Assembly (NCBI GenBank): GCA_964655245.1
Contig: CAZZLQ010000005.1
Coordinates: 1 to 57,652, forward strand
Source of the DNA: an uncultured Bacteriovoracaceae bacterium
Lineage (GTDB): Bacteria; Bdellovibrionota; UBA2394
Direction: 5' to 3'
Length of the DNA: 57,652 nucleotides
Made by a program: the position numbers and the translations under genes. Below the pieces are notes generated by a model that made no database searches, had not been told where the DNA came from, and saw nothing but the letters and a program-made list of their open reading frames with translations. Of this stretch, positions 48,015 to 55,465 are shown one piece after another. The number at the start of each line of letters is the position of its first letter. Position 1 is the first letter of the stretch.

Positions 48015-49245
48015 GACGCACAAAAACGAGATTCAGCTGAGCGCTGATGAGCTGAGCTTCATCCTTTCACCCACAGCCATTCGTCAGAGAGCACAAAGAA
48101 TCTTTGATCGAACGATCAAGGGTGAGGGCTGTTTTACTTATCACGCCGATAGACTCGACTGGACTGTTCAGTTTGTCATTCAAGAGATCAAGCAGCGCTA
48201 TCCAAGTCTCGATATTCCGTTCCACTCGCGCTGGGGCCACTTTGCGGTAGGGGGAATTGCGCGAAAGAGTCTTTTGATGAAGCAAATCCAAGCGGAAAAT
48301 CCTCTTGAACGTGCGCGAATCCTCCTCGATCTTGTGATCACCTCAGTATTGCTCGATGCCGGAGCGGGATCGACCTGGAAGTTTTATGAGGAAAGCTCCA
48401 AGTCCTCTTACGGACGATCTGAGGGATTGGGCGTAGCAAGCTTTTATCTGTTCCTTTCGGGATTTCTGAGTTCAGACCCTCAAAAGCCTCTACGTGCAGA
48501 CGCCTTGGGTCTCAAGCAGTTGAGACTGCAAACTCTTGAGGCGGCTTTCCAGGTTTCCCCCAAAAATCCTTTGGTGGGAGCTGAAGGCCGGCTTCTTCTA
48601 CTCAACAATCTGGCCAACGCCGTTTCCAACCACAAGCGATTCAAAGACGGTCGCCCTGGAAACATCCTGGATGATTTGATGCAAACGTATGGAGAGCGAA
48701 TCCCCGCAGAGGGAATTTTGCGTGCTGTGCTCGAAGGACTTGGAAGCATTTGGCCTGGACGCCTTGAAGCGAGAGGAGTGAACCTCGGAGACGTTTGGCC
48801 ACACTCGAAGCTTGGTGCTAACGGCAGCTTTGACTCTCTCGTTCCATTTCATAAGCTCTCGCAGTGGATGACCTACTCCTTGATCGAGCCCATTCTTGAG
48901 GCAGGCCTTCAGGTTGATGGCGTTGATCAGCTCACAGGACTTGCCGAGTACAGAAATGGCGGTCTCATGATTGATTCGGGACTTATTCAACCCCGAGATC
49001 CTCAAGACCTCGGTCGCATCTGGCCAGCATCCTCTGAATTCATTATTGAATGGCGCGCTTTGACGGTTCATCTGCTCGACGTCATTGGTGAGAAGGTTCG
49101 GAAGGAACTCAACAAGTCATCGCAAGACTTCCCCTTGGCCAAAGTGCTGGAAGGGGGCACATGGTGGGCAGGGCGAAAGCTCGCCACTCAGCGCGAGGGC
49201 GGGGGATCTCCCGTTCAGATTCAAAGTGATGGAACTGTTTTTTAG
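48004..49245 (+). CDS. URC4/Urg3 family protein (DUF1688)
   Basis: IPFHSRWGHF, SVLLDAGAG, GRSEGL, PFHKLSQW, LTGLAEYRNGGL, SDGTVF. Confidence 0.9.
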   Translation: MKSETHKNEIQLSADELSFILSPTAIRQRAQRIFDRTIKGEGCFTYHADRLDWTVQFVIQEIKQRYPSLDIPFHSRWGHFAVGGIARKSLLMKQIQAENPLERARILLDLVITSVLLDAGAGSTWKFYEESSKSSYGRSEGLGVASFYLFLSGFLSSDPQKPLRADALGLKQLRLQTLEAAFQVSPKNPLVGAEGRLLLLNNLANAVSNHKRFKDGRPGNILDDLMQTYGERIPAEGILRAVLEGLGSIWPGRLEARGVNLGDVWPHSKLGANGSFDSLVPFHKLSQWMTYSLIEPILEAGLQVDGVDQLTGLAEYRNGGLMIDSGLIQPRDPQDLGRIWPASSEFIIEWRALTVHLLDVIGEKVRKELNKSSQDFPLAKVLEGGTWWAGRKLATQREGGGSPVQIQSDGTVF

Positions 49246-49253
49246 AGGGAAAT

Positions 49254-49886
49254 ATGAAAGCAAAAGTCAAAGTTCTTGATCATCCACTGCTCAGACACAA
49301 ACTGGGGTATCTCAGAGACAAAACCACAGCGTCGGGAGAATTCCGAGAAATCACCAAGGAAATCAGCAGAATCTTGGCATACGAAGTCATGCGCGATTGG
49401 AAGGATATGAAAAGAGTGAGCGTTGAAACGCCGATCTCCCCAACCAAAGTGGAACGCATTGATCATCCGCCGGTGGTCGTTTCGGTGATGCGTGCGGGCA
49501 ATGGAATGCTCGATGCGATCTTGTCCATGATCCCTTTTGCGTCGGCAGGATTCATCGGCATTTATCGAGACAAGTTTATTCACAATACGGTGGAATACTA
49601 CTTCAAGATGCCTGCGGACATTAAGGGACGGATGGCCTTGCTCTGCGATCCACTCGTCTCAACGGCCGACACCATGATCGCAGCTATTGATCGCCTCAAG
49701 AGCTATGAGGTCAAAGAAATCAAGATCCTCACGATTTTGGTGAGCAAAACAGCGCTTGAGCGGCTCAATCATTTTCATCCTGATGTCGAGATTTATACTC
49801 TCGAGGTCGAGTCCGAAATCAACGAGCTGGGCTATCTGGTCCCAGGCTTAGGAGATGCGGGTGACCGACTCTACCAGACACGATAG
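49254..49886 (+). CDS. upp: Uracil phosphoribosyltransferase
   Basis: DHPLL, MRAGNGM, DPLVST PRPP loop, YLVPGLGDAGDR. Confidence 0.93.
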   Translation: MKAKVKVLDHPLLRHKLGYLRDKTTASGEFREITKEISRILAYEVMRDWKDMKRVSVETPISPTKVERIDHPPVVVSVMRAGNGMLDAILSMIPFASAGFIGIYRDKFIHNTVEYYFKMPADIKGRMALLCDPLVSTADTMIAAIDRLKSYEVKEIKILTILVSKTALERLNHFHPDVEIYTLEVESEINELGYLVPGLGDAGDRLYQTR

Positions 49887-50505
49887 AGGCCAAACGCATC
49901 CTTATGTGATTGGAGTTGCAGGCGGTAGTGGATCCGGAAAGACGTATTTCTCAACGGCGTTGCGACGGCTCATTGGTGACGACAAATGCTCAGTGATCCT
50001 TCAGGACAATTTCTATTTTGATCAATCGCAGCAGTTTGATTTTGACGGCGGCTCTGTCAACTTTGACCATCCAAGCAGTATTGATTTCAAGATGCTGGCT
50101 GAGTGCTTGGTCTCTTTGAAGAGTGGGGCAGCCACTCAGATTCCAATTTATGATTTCATCACCCACACAAGATCCTCAAGCCATATCCTGGTGGAGCCTC
50201 GGCCTGTGATCATTGTGGATGGAATTCTGATCTTGCACGATGAGCATGTTCGCTCCCAACTTCATTACGCTATTTTTTTTGATACGCCGGAAGAGCTTCG
50301 ATACGCCCGAAGACTCAATCGGGATGTGAACGAACGAGGTCGAACTCAAGAAGGCGTCAGAGCTCAGTTTCAAAAGCAGGTTAAGCCCATGCACGATATG
50401 TTCGTTGAACCGTCAAAGCTCTTCGCAGATGTTGTGATGACGGAAAACGACTCTTTTGATGCGTTTCTCCAGGGCTTTTCCCATCAGCTCAAAACAATAC
50501 TCTGA
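49855..50505 (+). CDS. udk: Uridine kinase
   Basis: IGVAGGSGSGKT, NFDHP, PIYDF..HTR, RRLNRDVNERGR, VKPMH..FVEPSK; start uncertain. Confidence 0.92.
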   Translation: MRVTDSTRHDRGQTHPYVIGVAGGSGSGKTYFSTALRRLIGDDKCSVILQDNFYFDQSQQFDFDGGSVNFDHPSSIDFKMLAECLVSLKSGAATQIPIYDFITHTRSSSHILVEPRPVIIVDGILILHDEHVRSQLHYAIFFDTPEELRYARRLNRDVNERGRTQEGVRAQFQKQVKPMHDMFVEPSKLFADVVMTENDSFDAFLQGFSHQLKTIL

Positions 50506-50507
50506 GT

Positions 50508-52040
50508 TTACTTGAGTTCCGGATTAAGAGGCGTCACGGGCTTTGTGCTTTCGGGAAGCTTTACTGGCCCCACCACTTCACCTTCTTTGTACCGACGAGA
50601 AATCTCTCTAAACCCATCTTCATTATACTCACGAACTTCAAATCGAGACCGAGCACCCGTCAAAATCGGGCGACCGAGGGGATCTACACCAAACAAGAGA
50701 GCATTGTAGATTTCAACGATTCGCTGAGCTGCGGCCGCTCGACCCTTTTCGATCGGTCGATCGGGTAGAGGCTCAAATGAATCGCGAGCGCCTTTGATGT
50801 ATTCCATGGCAATACGAATATTGAAGTCCGAATCTTTCAGCTGAAAATACGCATAAAAATTCTGATCGAATTGCTCCTGCGTAAAAGCCGTATCAGCAAT
50901 CTGCAGCTTCAGATCCATCAGAAAATCTTTATGATCCAACCAATGCAGTTGCTCATCGGGAAGAGTGAACTCCTGGTACTGACGAGTGGTCCATTCGGCC
51001 GTATCATTCCAGCCAGTCTTGATTTGAGTTCCAACAGCTACAAACAAGGTTAGCGTAGCACCAATCCCCATCACCTTCACGACCGGCTTCTTGAGCCAGT
51101 CGAGTTTTGAAACCACAAACTCAAATGATCGCGAGGCACCTGACTGAAATCGCTTCAAACCACCATGCACTTGTTTCAGCGCGCTCTCCATCATTCGGGA
51201 AACAAACTGAGTTGCCCATGGCTCAGGCTGCATTCGAGAATTGAAGATGACTTTTGCAATGCTCTCGACACGTGAGCGAACCACTCGTCGCTGTTGTGTT
51301 TCGTCGGAACTCTCTACGCTCGGGTATCGCTGATCATACGCCGAAAGAATGGCTTCAACCGACTGAAGGTCCTTCACTTCTTTGCCAATGGCTTTCTCCA
51401 GGTAGAGTTGAAACTTCCAGAACAACAGGGCCTGATTAATCTGTAAATCCACTTCGAGTTCGTCTTTTACAAATCGAAGATCACTTTCTTCGAGCGACAC
51501 TCGCTCTTTTAGCTCCTTCTTATCCTGAGGCTCGAAGTGTCCCATCCAATCATCGATTGAGATCGATCGATCATTAAATGAGACCGAAGGAGGCATATCG
51601 GAAATCGATGTTGGATAAACAAGATCAGGCTTTGCCAGCGCCGCTTTGAGGATGCGAATACGACCGTCAAGATTCACTTTCGCTTCCTGAAACTTGGCAT
51701 TCTCGCGCACGAATCGATGGGAGTCTTTGATCCAGTTTTGCACCGCTGTATCTGCGTCGGAAAAAGCCATCCCACGCACGTTCTGGTATCGCGAGGCTTC
51801 CAAAATGACACGAGTGACGTATCGAAGGTCGACTTCATTGAGCATCTTCCACGAGGCCTTAACTCCCATCTTGGCAATCGCTCCTCGACATCGAAGATGA
51901 GAAGGCAGATTCTCGTTTTTGTTCAACAGTTGAACCAAGGATTGAGTCGGAACGGGCTTCGGATCTTGAGCTGGAAAAGCATTGAATGAAACTAAACTCG
52001 ACACCAAGAACAGGCCCACAATTCGTGCAAATGAACTCAT
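50508..52040 (-). CDS. Exported hypothetical protein with internal hydrophobic helix
   Basis: Signal peptide MSSFARIVGLFLVSSLVSFNAFPA; coiled-coil-like body; VMGIGATLTLFVAVG segment. Confidence 0.7.
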   Translation of the reverse strand: MSSFARIVGLFLVSSLVSFNAFPAQDPKPVPTQSLVQLLNKNENLPSHLRCRGAIAKMGVKASWKMLNEVDLRYVTRVILEASRYQNVRGMAFSDADTAVQNWIKDSHRFVRENAKFQEAKVNLDGRIRILKAALAKPDLVYPTSISDMPPSVSFNDRSISIDDWMGHFEPQDKKELKERVSLEESDLRFVKDELEVDLQINQALLFWKFQLYLEKAIGKEVKDLQSVEAILSAYDQRYPSVESSDETQQRRVVRSRVESIAKVIFNSRMQPEPWATQFVSRMMESALKQVHGGLKRFQSGASRSFEFVVSKLDWLKKPVVKVMGIGATLTLFVAVGTQIKTGWNDTAEWTTRQYQEFTLPDEQLHWLDHKDFLMDLKLQIADTAFTQEQFDQNFYAYFQLKDSDFNIRIAMEYIKGARDSFEPLPDRPIEKGRAAAAQRIVEIYNALLFGVDPLGRPILTGARSRFEVREYNEDGFREISRRYKEGEVVGPVKLPESTKPVTPLNPELK

Positions 52041-52106
52041 ACGAATCCGTCTTTTAGCGACCTTCCAAACATCCGTGAAGGGGGCAAACTCGTGTATTTT
52101 TTGGTG

Positions 52107-53360
52107 CTAACGACTGACCTTAGGAATCATTAAAAGGCCTGGAATCGCCATCAAAGCACAGAAGACATAAAATCCAGTCCAACCAATCGACTCAGCAAGA
52201 TAGCCCGTCCCGGATGCAAAGATTGTCCCGGGCACTGCCATCAGCGAGGTCAAAAGCGCATATTGAGTCGCAGTAAATTTCTTGTTGGTTTGCAGAGCCA
52301 TGAATGTGGCGTAGGCGGCCTGACCAAGACCAGTGGCCAAAAACTCAAACGACACAATACCAGCCAAAATCATTTGTCGATGCTCCGACCACAGAGCGCT
52401 TTCATGATCAATCAAAACGATGAGTGCAAAGGCTGCTGTCGAAAGCAATTGAAGAATTCCAAAAATCCAAAGCGCTGTTGAAACCTTCATACGCACCAGG
52501 ATGGCACCACCCAAGAGAGCTCCCCCAAACAAACAGAACATTCCAAGACCTTTCACAACGACGAAATATTCTGTCCGGGTGAAGCCCTGACTCAAGATGA
52601 ATGGAATATTCAGCGCACCAGCAAGATTATCCCCGACTTTGTAGAGAAGAACGAAAGCAAGAATCCAAAACGCCCCCGAGCGTCCCAAAAACTCCCGAAA
52701 GGGATCGATCACCGCCTCGCGAACAGATCGTGGAGGAGCTTCCTCGACCGTGGGCTCAGAGACAAACAATGTCGTGATCATTCCAAGGACCATCATCAAA
52801 CCCAATAGAATATGAATCTGATTCCAACCCACACCGGCATCGGCGGAAAGGAACGAGACTCCAACAGAAACGTACATTCCGAGTCGCCACGCATTCATCC
52901 AAACACCCGTTCCTAAACCGAGCTCATCTTCTCTCAGGTATTCCCGACGAAACGCATCAAGAGCAATATCTTGAGTCGCTCCAAAAAAAGCTACCGCCAT
53001 CGCTGTCACACCAATCCAAACGAGTTGGGTCTGTGGACTCCACTGGCCAAGCAGAGCAATCGATCCGAGAAGTGCCACTTGCGTCAGAAGCATCCAGCCG
53101 CGACGTCTACCCAAAAAAGGGGGAACGATCCCATCGAGCGCGGGGGACCACAAAAACTTAAGGGTGTAGGGTAGCGAAACCGCCGACATCAACCCAATGG
53201 TTCCGAGATCAATCCCTTCCGCAGTCATCCACGCTTTCAAGACATCCTTCACCACATAAAACGGAAAACCTGAAATCAACCCTAGCGAGAACATTGCGAG
53301 CATCTTCCAAGAAAGGAGCACTCTCCAAAAATCCGGCTTTTGCTTTTGAGCTTCAGGCAT
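52107..53360 (-). CDS. ampG: AmpG family muropeptide MFS permease
   Basis: LPYTLKFLWSP, LGRRRGW, ATQDIALDA, LYKVGD, FTATQYALLTS. Confidence 0.92.
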   Translation of the reverse strand: MPEAQKQKPDFWRVLLSWKMLAMFSLGLISGFPFYVVKDVLKAWMTAEGIDLGTIGLMSAVSLPYTLKFLWSPALDGIVPPFLGRRRGWMLLTQVALLGSIALLGQWSPQTQLVWIGVTAMAVAFFGATQDIALDAFRREYLREDELGLGTGVWMNAWRLGMYVSVGVSFLSADAGVGWNQIHILLGLMMVLGMITTLFVSEPTVEEAPPRSVREAVIDPFREFLGRSGAFWILAFVLLYKVGDNLAGALNIPFILSQGFTRTEYFVVVKGLGMFCLFGGALLGGAILVRMKVSTALWIFGILQLLSTAAFALIVLIDHESALWSEHRQMILAGIVSFEFLATGLGQAAYATFMALQTNKKFTATQYALLTSLMAVPGTIFASGTGYLAESIGWTGFYVFCALMAIPGLLMIPKVSR

Positions 53361-53439
53361 GCACTCAGTTTGAGCAAAACTTTGATGCTCCTCAAGCTAA
53401 AGAATGCTCCTAAACTTTCTTTCATGTAGGGTTCGAAGC

Positions 53440-53805
53440 ATGACAAGCGATCTCATGATCACTATTCTCCAACTCAGCTCTGCATTGGCATTTTTAGGTT
53501 ACGGAATGGCATGCCTCTCAACATCCCATATGAAACAGGAATTCCAGAGATACGGCCTTCAAAGATTTCGAGTTCTCACGGGCTTGTTGGAGATGGGTGG
53601 AGGTGCAGGACTTCTCATTGGAATTTTCACCTCCAATTCCATTCTTTCAATACTCGCTTCGTCTGGCCTGACTGTTTTGATGATCTGCGGAGTGGGCGTT
53701 CGGCTTCGAATCAAAGACCGTTTTGTTCAATGTCTTCCGGCGATCATTCTTTTTCTGTTGAACTCTCTGATCGCGTACTCACACTTTCAGACTCTTATGC
53801 ATTAA
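53440..53805 (+). CDS. DoxX family membrane protein
   Basis: MKQEFQRYGL, TGLLEMGG, RLRIKD; four TM segments. Confidence 0.8.
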   Translation: MTSDLMITILQLSSALAFLGYGMACLSTSHMKQEFQRYGLQRFRVLTGLLEMGGGAGLLIGIFTSNSILSILASSGLTVLMICGVGVRLRIKDRFVQCLPAIILFLLNSLIAYSHFQTLMH

Positions 53806-54776
53806 CTCATTTGTTTTTTGATGCTCTCCACCGCTTCAAGTGCCGAGAGCGCTGCGCCCTCCACTCGCCCCCCTTGAAACGCATCACCGATAACATAGAG
53901 ACTCGAAATCTCATCGAAATGAAAATCTCCAACATCAAAAGACAGCGGCTCGGAACGACTGTAGAGCCAACGATGAGCCGCTTCAATCACGAGCGCTTGG
54001 GGCAAGACACTTTTTAGCTGCGACTTGGCAAACTCAATAACCTCGGCCGCAGATGCATTGATCATCTCAAGACTTTTTTCCTGCGTCAGGTGAACTGTTA
54101 GACTGGGATTTTCAGAGATTCCCTTTTTTTGATTGTCGCAAATCCACTCAATTCCCGTTTCAGGATTACACCACTGGGCATGCGGCGATGGCATCAGGAA
54201 CCCATCAAGAGCTCCAAACATCACTGCCCAAGTCGGATGAAATCGTACAGACGACAGCCGCTTCAAATTGATTGCAGTACCTGCAAGAAGGCTCAAGGCC
54301 TGCGGAAGGGGAGTTGCCAAAACTAACGTCTTACACTCAAGAGTTTCACCTTCGGCGGAAACAAGCTTCCAATGAGAATTCGCGTAAACAAGTTCAGCGC
54401 ATTTCCAATTGAATCGGCTCTCAACGCCAGAAGAGAAATACTTGGCGAGGCTGTTCATGCCCGCCGAGCCACAAAAACGCGGACTTTCTTTGATCTGCTG
54501 ATGAGACAAATGAGGGATGGCTGAGTGCCAGGGCTTGATCACTCCCAGTTCAAGCGGTCGAGCAAGGACAGCCTGGAATCGGCTGTCGCGAGCTGTCAAA
54601 AACTGAGCACCGTGATCAAATCGATACTCTCGACGATCGACCTCCACTCGACGGGTACTCATTCGACCTCCGGGTCCGCGAGATTTATCAACCAGCATGA
54701 GATCGCAATGATCTTTGAGCAAATGGCAAAGAAGTGAACCAGAGATTCCCGCGCCAATACAAATCAGATCCTTCAT
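53802..54776 (-). CDS. Renalase-like NAD/FAD-dependent oxidoreductase
   Basis: IGAGISG, DKSRGPGGRMSTRR, FDHGAQFLT, HRWLYS, GDAFQGGRVEGA. Confidence 0.88.
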   Translation of the reverse strand: MKDLICIGAGISGSLLCHLLKDHCDLMLVDKSRGPGGRMSTRRVEVDRREYRFDHGAQFLTARDSRFQAVLARPLELGVIKPWHSAIPHLSHQQIKESPRFCGSAGMNSLAKYFSSGVESRFNWKCAELVYANSHWKLVSAEGETLECKTLVLATPLPQALSLLAGTAINLKRLSSVRFHPTWAVMFGALDGFLMPSPHAQWCNPETGIEWICDNQKKGISENPSLTVHLTQEKSLEMINASAAEVIEFAKSQLKSVLPQALVIEAAHRWLYSRSEPLSFDVGDFHFDEISSLYVIGDAFQGGRVEGAALSALEAVESIKKQMS

Positions 54777-54905
54777 GAGCCTATTCACACTAGGGGATTC
54801 AAACCCAGCAATCAACACCAAGGGCCTGACACAAACTTGTCCTCGCCATGGCATTTTTGACCGACTGACAAATCAGACACCCTGAAATCACTCGAGTTTT
54901 CGTGG

Positions 54906-54921
54906 AGGCCCTCTTTTTGCA
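54906..54921 (+). promoter_or_regulatory. sigma54-type promoter
   Basis: AGGCCCTCTTTTTGCA: GG-N10-GC. Confidence 0.45.
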
Positions 54922-54970
54922 AATCCCTGAAAGAACGTGGTCTTTGGTGAGCTCATCTGGAGGATTACTC

Positions 54971-55306
54971 GTGCAAAAGCTTCACCATTTCATTTTCAGT
55001 CTAAAGATTTTCAGCGTCAGCCTTGTGGTAGCCGGCAGCCTTCAGGCGAGTCCGATCAGCTCAAAAACACCGCGTTCCAACTCATCTCAGGAACTTGATT
55101 CCAGCACCAGTCGCTTCGCCCTCAGCCAAACGGAGGAACGCAGATCGTTTTGCTCCTCGCTCTTTCACCAGGCCTACGATTCATGCTGTAAGTCAGAGTC
55201 CGGCTGCAACGAAACTCAACAAGAGCGGCACTGCAACGGCGAAGCCAACACCATTCACGAAAGTTGCCTTTCTGCCTCACAGAGGACGACGAACAGCTTT
55301 TATTGA
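54971..55306 (+). CDS. Small exported six-cysteine protein
   Basis: SD GGAGG before GTG 54971; signal ending SLQA; six Cys in the C-terminal half. Confidence 0.6.
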   Translation: MQKLHHFIFSLKIFSVSLVVAGSLQASPISSKTPRSNSSQELDSSTSRFALSQTEERRSFCSSLFHQAYDSCCKSESGCNETQQERHCNGEANTIHESCLSASQRTTNSFY

Positions 55307-55397
55307 CTCATGTGGACAACGAGCTCTTTTTCGGGGTTTTGAATCCCCAGCGGGGGGGCATTGAAGCCATCTAAACCCCCTAAAAGCCATTCACCAG

Positions 55398-55413
55398 TGG
55401 CATATTCTTTGCT
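55398..55413 (+). promoter_or_regulatory. sigma54-type promoter
   Basis: TGGCATATTCTTTGCT: GG-N10-GC. Confidence 0.65.
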
Positions 55414-55465
55414 CCATTAAATCCGACTCTTGCACAAGCTCTGAAATCAGGGGAGAAATGGCGCT

